DNA from: Luminiphilus sp.
GTDB lineage: Bacteria; Pseudomonadota; Gammaproteobacteria; Pseudomonadales; Halieaceae
DNA length: 64,000 nucleotides
Direction: 5' to 3'
NCBI GenBank assembly: GCA_045560455.1
Contig: JBJKZJ010000007.1
Span: forward strand, 43,843-107,842
Part shown: positions 1-7,895 of the stretch, one piece after another
Layout of the letters: each line of letters begins with the position of its first letter
Numbering within the stretch: the first letter of the stretch is position 1
Notes under the pieces: model-generated
Databases searched by the model: none
Told to the model about the DNA's origin: nothing
The model's input: the letters and a program-made list of their open reading frames with translations, nothing else
Position numbers and translations under genes: made by a program

Positions 1-1
1 G

Positions 2-178
2 ACCGGTATCGTGGAAGGGGTGATCAATTTGTCGGGGTTGCTGGCAGAAGAGGACCGGCTTCGCGACACCGACGTGCTGAACGGCATTGCCATTAATCCG
101 GAGGATGGTGCGATCTGGGTCACGGGCAAACGCTGGCCCTGGCTCTATCAAATCAGACTGGAAAAAAGCCCTCCATGA
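2..178 (+). CDS. Glutaminyl-peptide cyclotransferase, 3' end (partial)
   Basis: Not in the ORF track. Frame 2 reads TGIVEGVINLSGLL...DVLNGIAINPEDGAIWVTGKRWPWLYQIRLEKSPP*; DVLNGIA and VTGKxWP are typical C-terminal motifs of plant/bacterial-type glutamine cyclotransferases. Confidence 0.85.
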   Translation, partial: TGIVEGVINLSGLLAEEDRLRDTDVLNGIAINPEDGAIWVTGKRWPWLYQIRLEKSPP

Positions 179-307
179 CCGCACATTAAACGCAGTGACA
201 AGATCACCCACACAATGAGCGACGCGCGGCAACGCGAGACGCGAGCCGAGCGCCGCAACAACACTTGATACGATCCACATACTCTGAACAAAACTGGAAC
301 CACTGAT

Positions 308-3256
308 ATGACCGAAGCCTCCCGCACACTCACGACAGCCGAGCATCCAAACACCTTCGTCTTGAAGCGTGCGGTGCCGATTCCCAGCCTGAATCTGACT
401 GTCGAGGAGTACGAGCACCCGGGCACAGGCGCCACCCATTTGCATCTCAGTAGTGACTCGACAGAAAACGTATTCATGGTGGCACTGCGCACGGTCCCCG
501 AGGACTCCACTGGGGTCGCGCACATTCTCGAGCACACCGCGCTATGTGGCAGCGAGCGCTACCCGGTGCGTGATCCCTTTTTCATGATGCTCCGCCGCTC
601 GCTCAACACCTTCATGAACGCCTTCACCAGTTCTGACTGGACCGCATACCCCTTCGCCACCCAGAACCGCAAGGATTTCGGCAATCTGCTGGATGTGTAT
701 CTCGATGCGGTGTTCTTCTCCCGGTTGGACCCGCTGGATTTCGCCCAGGAAGGGCACCGGGTCGAGTTTGAGAACGACGACAGTAATCAGCCTCTGGTCT
801 TTAAAGGCGTTGTATTCAATGAAATGAAAGGGGCTATGTCATCGACCCCATCTGTTCTGTGGGATCGCCTCAGCCACGAACTGTTTCCGTCCAATACCTA
901 CCACTTCAATAGCGGCGGTGACCCGGAGCACATTCCCGACCTCAGCTATCAGCAGCTGCGGGATTTTTATGCCGAGCACTACCACCCCAGCAACGCTATT
1001 TTTCTGACCTTTGGCGATATCGCGGCAGAGGCGCATCAGTGCGTTTTTGAATCGTCGGTGCTGCATCGGTTTGAACCACTGGGCCGCAAGATCGAGGTTG
1101 GCCTGGAGACCCCCTTCAGCGCGCCTAGGCAGGCCACCCACCCCTATGCGGTGGATGCCGAGGAAGGCACGACCGATAAAACCCATTTGATCATGGGCTG
1201 GAAACTCGGCGAGAGTGCCGATCTGACGGCCATGCTCGAGGCACAGCTTGTCTCGTCGGTGCTGATGGAGAACAGCGCCTCGCCGCTGATGCACTATCTG
1301 GAAACAACGGACCGCGGCAGCGCGCCGTCACCGCTGTGCGGTCTCGAGGAGTCCATGCGCGAGATGGTGTTCTGTTGTGGTATTGAAGGGAGTAACGCAG
1401 AGCAGGCCGAAGCCTTCGAATCCGAAGTGCTGGCTACCATTGAGAAAGTGGCCAATGACGGGGTGGACGCTGAAAAAGTCGAGGCTATCCTGCGACAAAT
1501 CGAACTGCATCAGCGAGAAGTGAGCGGTGATGGCATGCCCTACGGCCTGAATCTGATGCTGCGCGCGCTGGGAGCGGCGACGCACTATGGTGATGCAGTG
1601 GCAGCGCTCGATCTTGAGCCCGTTATTGCAAAGCTGCGCGAGCAGGTCAAGGCAGCGGACTACATCCCTAACCTGATCAGGCAGTGCTTGCTCGACAACC
1701 CCCATCGGGTACGACTGGTCGTTGCACCCGATCCTGCCCTCGCGGCGCGGCGGGAGGCCGCGGAGACCGAGCGCCTCGCCGCAATGAAAGGCAACCTTAG
1801 TGGTGAGCATACCGCGGAGATTCTGGATCTGGCGGCGCGACTGCGGGAGCGTCAATCGCAAAAGGATAACCCAACTATCCTGCCGCGGGTGGCGCTATCC
1901 GACATTCCTGCCGAGACGCCCTCCCCTCTGCCCGATATCACTGAGGGCGAGAGAACGCACTACCGCTATACAGCAGGCACCAACGGATTGGTGTACCAAC
2001 AATGGGTCAGCCCATTGCCGGCCCTGACCTCAGCCGAGCAACAACATTTGCCTCTGGTCACGGCGCTCATGGCAGAGGTGGGGGTCGGCGAGCTCGACTA
2101 TCTCGCCACCCAGGAGCGACACTCTGCCACCGTGGGATCGCTGAGCGCATCGGTGGGCAGCCGCTCGCAGCGCGGCGATGAACAGTCGAGCGAACGTTAT
2201 TTCGTGCTGTCCTCCAAGGCGCTGGCCGATCGCGCAGCGCCGCAACTGACGCTGATGTCCGATACCCTGCAACAGGCACGCTTTGATGAGCACAACCGCG
2301 TTCGGGATCTGGTCAGTCAGATTCGCGCACGACGGGATCAGGGCATTACCGGCAGTGGTCACGCGCTAGCCATGAGCGCGGCCTGTGCGGGCATGAGCCC
2401 GCTGGCCAAGCTCGGACACGAGCAAGGCGGTCTCGAGGGCATCCGCCGCATGCGGGCGCTGGACGACGTGCTCAAGCAGGACGGTGAACTAGAAGCGCTG
2501 GCCTACTCCCTCGGGGCGATTCATCGCAAGCTGGCCGAGGGCGGCGCGCCGCTTATCTGCACCATTGCCGATGAACCCAACCTCGCCGCCGCCAGCGACT
2601 TGGCCTGGGCGACAGCCCATGCGGTAGGCACCGCTGAATCCCAGGAGCCCGGCGCAGGGCCGGTGCGTGAGGCCCGGCAGGAAATGTGGGTCACCAATAC
2701 CCAGGTCAATTTCTGCGCTAAAGCCTACCCCACCGTGCCCTCGGGTCATCCCGACGCGCCGGTACTATCGGTACTGGCGGCCTTCCTGCGCAATGGTTTT
2801 CTGCATCGCAGCATTCGCGAACAAGGCGGGGCCTATGGTGGCGGTGCGAGCCACGACCCTAACATCGCCGCATTCCGGTTTTTCTCCTACCGGGACCCCA
2901 GACTGGTCGAAACATTGACCGACTTTGATGCGGCAATTACCTGGCTCCTCGACACACAGCATGAGCAGCTCGCACTGGAAGAGGCGATCCTCAGCGTCAT
3001 GGCCAGCCTCGACAAGCCAGGATCACCGGCTGGCGAAGCCAAGCGGGATTTTCATGAGCGGCTTTTCGGTCGCACTGCCGAGCATCGCAAGCAGCTCCGC
3101 GCGGGCATTGTGAATACCCGTATTGAGGATCTTCGACGCGTTACCGAGACCTACCTGCGACCGGAGCTGGCCAGCACCGCAGTGATCACTCACACCGCCG
3201 GCGCAGAGATCATTGCTGAGCAGGGTCTGGCGCTGACCAGACAGGAGCTCCTTTAA
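308..3256 (+). CDS. M16C zinc metallopeptidase (PreP/Cym1-like)
   Basis: 982 aa; inverted zinc motif HILEH in STGVAHILEHTALCGS, FMNAFT, GVVFNEMKG, IREQGGAYG, SYRDP. Confidence 0.93.
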   Translation: MTEASRTLTTAEHPNTFVLKRAVPIPSLNLTVEEYEHPGTGATHLHLSSDSTENVFMVALRTVPEDSTGVAHILEHTALCGSERYPVRDPFFMMLRRSLNTFMNAFTSSDWTAYPFATQNRKDFGNLLDVYLDAVFFSRLDPLDFAQEGHRVEFENDDSNQPLVFKGVVFNEMKGAMSSTPSVLWDRLSHELFPSNTYHFNSGGDPEHIPDLSYQQLRDFYAEHYHPSNAIFLTFGDIAAEAHQCVFESSVLHRFEPLGRKIEVGLETPFSAPRQATHPYAVDAEEGTTDKTHLIMGWKLGESADLTAMLEAQLVSSVLMENSASPLMHYLETTDRGSAPSPLCGLEESMREMVFCCGIEGSNAEQAEAFESEVLATIEKVANDGVDAEKVEAILRQIELHQREVSGDGMPYGLNLMLRALGAATHYGDAVAALDLEPVIAKLREQVKAADYIPNLIRQCLLDNPHRVRLVVAPDPALAARREAAETERLAAMKGNLSGEHTAEILDLAARLRERQSQKDNPTILPRVALSDIPAETPSPLPDITEGERTHYRYTAGTNGLVYQQWVSPLPALTSAEQQHLPLVTALMAEVGVGELDYLATQERHSATVGSLSASVGSRSQRGDEQSSERYFVLSSKALADRAAPQLTLMSDTLQQARFDEHNRVRDLVSQIRARRDQGITGSGHALAMSAACAGMSPLAKLGHEQGGLEGIRRMRALDDVLKQDGELEALAYSLGAIHRKLAEGGAPLICTIADEPNLAAASDLAWATAHAVGTAESQEPGAGPVREARQEMWVTNTQVNFCAKAYPTVPSGHPDAPVLSVLAAFLRNGFLHRSIREQGGAYGGGASHDPNIAAFRFFSYRDPRLVETLTDFDAAITWLLDTQHEQLALEEAILSVMASLDKPGSPAGEAKRDFHERLFGRTAEHRKQLRAGIVNTRIEDLRRVTETYLRPELASTAVITHTAGAEIIAEQGLALTRQELL

Positions 3257-3809
3257 CGGACAGAAGCAACCCCAGCCCGTCGGGCGCCCAGACGCTCAGA
3301 AACTGTTTGAGTGTCCACATCAGCGCGCCCTGTGTGGGATCTGCCAACGTCACACGCTGGCCCGCGATGCCCGTGAGCACGCTGAAATGCGGACCAGTGG
3401 GCAGCCGAAGGTACACCAGCACAGGTAGCGGCACCGATAACAGCGCGCGGCTGGGTAGCCGCGTGACGCTTGGTTTGACTTTGAGCGCCGCTGCCATGTC
3501 TGCTAGTTGAACCAAGCTAAACCCCTCAAGCCGCACGCGTTGCCACTCGTCGGTCGTAAATGACTGCGACCTGACCAGATCGTCGGGCTCAACGGCTCGA
3601 TCTGTGTAGAACGAGAGCAACGTTGCCAGCGCGGCACTGCCGCAATCGAACCCGGCCGGCTGCCGTGTGAGCGTCACCGGCAAAATTTTGGTTGGCTGCG
3701 CTGATACTGACACGCAGGCGCACCCAAACGTCATGAGCCCGACAACACAGCACCACAACGCCTGTGTCATACGCGGAGCGGGTGCCCGCTGAACCAACGC
3801 GCAGTGCAT
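3210..3809 (-). CDS. Stand-alone C39-family cysteine peptidase with signal-like N-terminus
   Basis: RQPAGFDCGSAALATLL (Gln, catalytic Cys), GFSLVQL, GPHFSVL (His), LADP (Asp); no ABC domain; hydrophobic N-terminus ending VSVSA-Q. Confidence 0.85.
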   Translation of the reverse strand: MHCALVQRAPAPRMTQALWCCVVGLMTFGCACVSVSAQPTKILPVTLTRQPAGFDCGSAALATLLSFYTDRAVEPDDLVRSQSFTTDEWQRVRLEGFSLVQLADMAAALKVKPSVTRLPSRALLSVPLPVLVYLRLPTGPHFSVLTGIAGQRVTLADPTQGALMWTLKQFLSVWAPDGLGLLLSVKGAPVWSAPDPAQQ

Positions 3810-3810
3810 A

Positions 3811-4098
3811 TCATTCGATGGTCAGCCGAGCGCGACGCTCTAACCAAAGAACGAGCAATGCCGAGCCGCTAAAAAACACCGTGAGCGACACGCCGGGTGG
3901 TATCAGTGCGCCAGCGACCACACCGACCGCTGCCAGTAACCCCGCCCAGGCTGCCAGCACCGGTATGATTCTCAAAGCGAAAAAAGCCTCCCGGGCGCGA
4001 TAGCGCCTCGCTTGCTGGAGCTTACCCTGAAGTCGCTGCACCGCAGAAGGCCCGGTGCGTGATGACGCACCGGAGTACCTGCTGGTGGGGCGATTCAT
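3811..4098 (-). CDS. Small two-TM membrane protein (candidate immunity/accessory)
   Basis: 95 aa, basic N-terminus then two hydrophobic segments; ATGA overlap with the upstream gene and 1-nt gap to the C39 gene. Confidence 0.65.
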   Translation of the reverse strand: MNRPTSRYSGASSRTGPSAVQRLQGKLQQARRYRAREAFFALRIIPVLAAWAGLLAAVGVVAGALIPPGVSLTVFFSGSALLVLWLERRARLTIE

Positions 4099-4478
4099 TG
4101 CGGGGCTTCTTGTTCGGCGTAATACGGCACATAAACGCCCCAGTAAAAAGACGCCAGCGCCAGATCAACGGTGACCACACCGACGATGAAAGGCAGCACT
4201 TTGCCGCGGAGTTGGGCTGCCTCCAACACCGATACGGTTCTGGACTGCTCATCCTGAATCGGCGTTTGACCCACCTGCAGTGCCAGCGTTGTGGTGGCGG
4301 GGGTGAACCGCTGTGTGTCGCGCGCGCTGGCGGCAAACGATGCCTGTGACAGGCTGAGCACCGACACACCTGCCCACACCACACCTCGCTTCATGGCTCC
4401 CTTCATGGCCCTCTTAATGGTTTCGCTCATGGCGCTTATCATTACTTTCCTCGTGGCTTTCCTCATGGCTTCCCTCAT
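4095..4478 (-). CDS. Secreted precursor-like peptide (signal peptide, leader, hydrophobic core)
   Basis: AGGAG RBS upstream of ATG 4478; signal-like GVVWAGVSVLSLSQASFA; leader-like VSVLEAAQLRGK; hydrophobic aromatic C-terminal 34 aa. Confidence 0.7.
   Translation of the reverse strand: MREAMRKATRKVMISAMSETIKRAMKGAMKRGVVWAGVSVLSLSQASFAASARDTQRFTPATTTLALQVGQTPIQDEQSRTVSVLEAAQLRGKVLPFIVGVVTVDLALASFYWGVYVPYYAEQEAPQ
4383..4478 (-). repeat. Degenerate 12-bp tandem repeat, 8 units
   Basis: Minus strand: ATGAGGGAAGCC ATGAGGAAAGCC ACGAGGAAAGTA ATGATAAGCGCC ATGAGCGAAACC ATTAAGAGGGCC ATGAAGGGAGCC ATGAAGCGAGGT. Confidence 0.8.
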
Positions 4479-4651
4479 CGTTCAGACTCCTGTTGGGTGA
4501 TCGACCGGTTGAGTTGATGCGGCGACTGTGACGACCGACGCCACTCGACGACCCATGCAGTTTGCCAACCGGACTATTGCCGACCCACGTCACAGGCAAG
4601 CACAATCACTCCGCGCTCTATAAAGATCGAGATTGAACAGGAGAGAATGCA

Positions 4652-5473
4652 ATGAACGTCAAGCGTGTCGCAGGGGCCATTGGCGCTGAATTACAGGCGA
4701 TCAATCTTGTGGACGGCATTGATGGCGAGCTCGCTGCCACCCTGCGCCGGTTGCTCAATAAGCACGAGGTGCTGTTTCTGCGTGATCAGGCCATCAGCGC
4801 CGCCGACCAAAAGGCGCTAGCGGAAGTTTTCGGTCCTCTGCAGACCCACCCCGCCTACGGCACGGTTGAGGGATTCCCCGAGGTCATGATTCTCGAAAGC
4901 ACGCGAGAAAACCCGTCCAAAATCGAAGTCTGGCACTCCGACATGACCTTCAGGCAGCACCCTCCTTCTGTCACCGTATTGCGGGGCATTACCATTCCCG
5001 AGGTGGGTGGCGATACCCTGTTTGCCAGCATGACCGCCGCCTACGAAGGACTGTCCTCCGGCATGCAGGGCTATCTCGAGGGCTTGACCGCAGTGCACGA
5101 CTTCAGCCACGGTTTCAGAGAAAGTCTCTCCGAGCCCGGTGGCCGGGAGCGACTGGCGGACGCCGTGGCGGCCAATCCGCCAGTGCGACATCCTGTTGTG
5201 CAGACTCACCCGGAGACCGGCAAGAAAGTGCTGTTCGTCAATGCCCTGTTTACAACTCACATCGAAGGCCTACCGTCGCTAGAGTCGGCAGAGGTGCTGC
5301 AGTTCCTCTGGCGACATGCCAGTCTGCCGGAGTTCACCTGCCGATTCAGTTGGGCACCGGACAGTCTGGTGCTGTGGGATAACCGCAGCACACAACACAA
5401 ACCCGTCAATGATTTCTTCCCGGCCACACGCCGGCTGCATCGTGTCGTCAGCGAGGGCGATCAACCCTACTGA
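4652..5473 (+). CDS. TauD/TfdA-family Fe(II)/2-oxoglutarate dioxygenase
   Basis: WHSDMTF (HxD), GGDTLFAS, HPVVQTHPETGKK, WDNRSTQH; AGGAG RBS. Confidence 0.92.
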   Translation: MNVKRVAGAIGAELQAINLVDGIDGELAATLRRLLNKHEVLFLRDQAISAADQKALAEVFGPLQTHPAYGTVEGFPEVMILESTRENPSKIEVWHSDMTFRQHPPSVTVLRGITIPEVGGDTLFASMTAAYEGLSSGMQGYLEGLTAVHDFSHGFRESLSEPGGRERLADAVAANPPVRHPVVQTHPETGKKVLFVNALFTTHIEGLPSLESAEVLQFLWRHASLPEFTCRFSWAPDSLVLWDNRSTQHKPVNDFFPATRRLHRVVSEGDQPY

Positions 5474-6909
5474 GCAGAGCGCGTGTCGGCGATGTATTGA
5501 GTCACCTCGCGCCTGACCATAGGCGCAAAGAGGTACAGCATCAGAATGTTGGGTAGCGCGATCATGAAGGTCATCGCATCGGAGAAGTCGAGCACGGCGC
5601 GGAGTTCCAGCATGCACCCCAGGGCAATAAACGCGCAAAAAATCATCTGAAAGACGATGGCCCGCAGACGCCCCTCACCAAACAGATACGTCCACCCCTT
5701 CAGGCCATAGTAAGACCACGCCAGAGCGCTGGAAAAAGCGAACAACAATGCGGCCACGGCAATCACATAAGGCGCCCAGGCGAAGTGCCAGGCAAAGGCG
5801 GCGCTGGTCAGTTCAATGCCCGCCAATCCCGAGCCCATCAACCCCTGTGGAATCGCGGTGGTCAGAATCACCAGCGAACTGAGGGAACAGATCACCACCG
5901 TATCAATAAACGGCTCGAGCAGCGCCGTGATGCCCTCTGACGCCGGGGCTTCGGTTTTTACCGCCGAGTGCGCAATCGATGCAGAGCCAATACCAGCCTC
6001 GTTCGAAAAAAGCGCACGCTGGAATCCGATGACCATGGCGCCAAGCAAGCCGCCAGAGGCCGCCTGCCCGGTGAAGGCTTCGGAGACCACCAATGACAGA
6101 GCGGCGGGGATATGCTCGGCGCTGAGGCCGATGACGGCTAACGCACTGATGAGATACAGCAGCGCCATCACCGGGACCAGCACTGCAGCAACCCGTGCGA
6201 TTGACTGAATACCCCCGATGATGACGGCGGCGATGACGCCGGCAAGGAGCAATCCGAAAACCCAGCCCCGATCGGCGAAGATTGATTCCGCGCCGCCGGT
6301 AATGACCAGCACCTGTGCAAATGCCTGATTGGACTGAAACATATTGCCGATACCCAGGCATCCGACAACCAGCGCGGCGGCATAAAGCCCGCCAAAGCTC
6401 TTGCCGAGGGTTGGCCAGCCGCGCTCGCGAAAATAGGCCTCCATGTAAAACATCGGGCCACCTGAGACCGAGCCATCGGCGTTATAGCGACGGTACTTTA
6501 CGCCCAACGTGCACTCCACGAGCTTGGTGGACATCGACAGCAACCCTGCAATGAAGAGCCAAAAGGCCGCACCGGGCCCGCCAACGGTAATCGCCACCGC
6601 CACCCCGCCGATGTTCCCAACTCCAACGGTCCCTGACACCGCGGTCGCCACGGCTTTGAAATGACTGATCTCACCCCGGGCAGTAGGGTCCGAGAATTCG
6701 CCCTTGGCGTGGCGGATCGCGAGGCCCAGCGCTCTGACATTAATAAAGCGGAGATACACAGTGAAAAATAGCGCCGCAACGGCGCTCCACATGACAATCA
6801 GCGGTACGTCGGTACCGCCAATTGGCACAGCGTAAAATACGACCGAGGAGAGCGCCTCGGCAATCGGTCCGAAATGGGTTTCAACCCATTGATCGGGCGA
6901 AAAGCTCAC
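5467..6909 (-). CDS. Alanine/glycine:cation symporter (AGCS family)
   Basis: GTVGVGNIGGVA, GGPGAAFW, GGPMFY, FSNEAGIGS, LEPFIDT. Confidence 0.92.
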   Translation of the reverse strand: MSFSPDQWVETHFGPIAEALSSVVFYAVPIGGTDVPLIVMWSAVAALFFTVYLRFINVRALGLAIRHAKGEFSDPTARGEISHFKAVATAVSGTVGVGNIGGVAVAITVGGPGAAFWLFIAGLLSMSTKLVECTLGVKYRRYNADGSVSGGPMFYMEAYFRERGWPTLGKSFGGLYAAALVVGCLGIGNMFQSNQAFAQVLVITGGAESIFADRGWVFGLLLAGVIAAVIIGGIQSIARVAAVLVPVMALLYLISALAVIGLSAEHIPAALSLVVSEAFTGQAASGGLLGAMVIGFQRALFSNEAGIGSASIAHSAVKTEAPASEGITALLEPFIDTVVICSLSSLVILTTAIPQGLMGSGLAGIELTSAAFAWHFAWAPYVIAVAALLFAFSSALAWSYYGLKGWTYLFGEGRLRAIVFQMIFCAFIALGCMLELRAVLDFSDAMTFMIALPNILMLYLFAPMVRREVTQYIADTRSAQ

Positions 6910-7817
6910 GCCGACTGAACCGCGTGACGCAATACCTGCCGATAGCTATTAAAGGACGGTACGTCAGCCAGCAGACCTTTGTCTTGTAACAGGGCCCTGA
7001 ATACCGGGAGCCGATAGCAGGGCACAGCGGGCATCAGGTGGTGCTCAAGATGATAATTCACGTAGCTGGGCGCCATCAGAAACCGTTGCCAGGCGGGTGC
7101 GTCGACCGTCCGGGTGTTAAAGCGCGGATCGGGGTTATTGGCATCGGGCACGGCCGCATGCTCCGCCACTTGCCTGAGCCTGACGACCAGCATGTAGGAG
7201 GTCATCAAGGTGCCAAACCATACCCACCACACCCAGCCAACACCGCAGGCCGTGAGCAGTGCCGCCAGCGCCCCCTGCACGGCAATCTGTTTAACGAGGA
7301 GCACGCGGCCACCTTTGGACGCGCCTCCAAAGTGGGAGAGCCCACCTCTCAAAACTCCGATTAACAGCTTGGCCCCGGTCTGACCGGTGAGATCTCGAAT
7401 CACCTTGCGTCGAAAACTCTCTGGATCGACAGGATAGGCTCGGTAGTTAGCCAGATCAGGATCCTCGGGGGTGCCCGTCAGCCGGTGGTGATCGAGGTGT
7501 CCGGTCGCATAGGCATTGAGATCATTTAACGTGGGCAACGCACACAGCCACTGCCCGACCCATTGGTTCAGCCTGCGATCGGCGAACAAGGTGTTATGCC
7601 CTGCTTCGTGCATCAGCACCGACAGCCCCAGTTGCCGCCCCGGCAACAGAATCCAGACCAGTAACAGCGTAAGAGGGTTGGGGAAGGCACTTACCAGTGC
7701 CAAGAACAGCGCAATCTCTGACCAGGTAGACAGCACCTGCCACCAGGCGTGGAGGTTACTGCGCCGGAGTACTTGCTCGCGCTCGTCGTCAGTCAGGTGT
7801 TCTCTAATCTTGATCAT
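6906..7817 (-). CDS. Membrane fatty-acid-desaturase-family di-iron protein
   Basis: His boxes HEAGH, HLDHH, EH, HLEHH plus hydrophobic segments. Confidence 0.85.
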   Translation of the reverse strand: MIKIREHLTDDEREQVLRRSNLHAWWQVLSTWSEIALFLALVSAFPNPLTLLLVWILLPGRQLGLSVLMHEAGHNTLFADRRLNQWVGQWLCALPTLNDLNAYATGHLDHHRLTGTPEDPDLANYRAYPVDPESFRRKVIRDLTGQTGAKLLIGVLRGGLSHFGGASKGGRVLLVKQIAVQGALAALLTACGVGWVWWVWFGTLMTSYMLVVRLRQVAEHAAVPDANNPDPRFNTRTVDAPAWQRFLMAPSYVNYHLEHHLMPAVPCYRLPVFRALLQDKGLLADVPSFNSYRQVLRHAVQSA

Positions 7818-7895
7818 GGCTCCCTCGGCTCGCGGATTATCAGCGATTTGGGCAGCACATCAAACAAGCCGGCTGACTGCCTCGCCGCACGCCCA

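Noticed and set aside
4383-4478. 12-bp repeat as a possible CRISPR or mobile-element end
   Set aside because: No spacers, units too short, in frame within a CDS, and no cas or transposase genes.
4526-4595. 8-bp inverted repeat CTGTGACG/CGTCACAG and a TGGC..TGCA element upstream of the precursor
   Set aside because: The repeat is short and widely spaced; the GG-GC spacing does not fit a sigma54 promoter.
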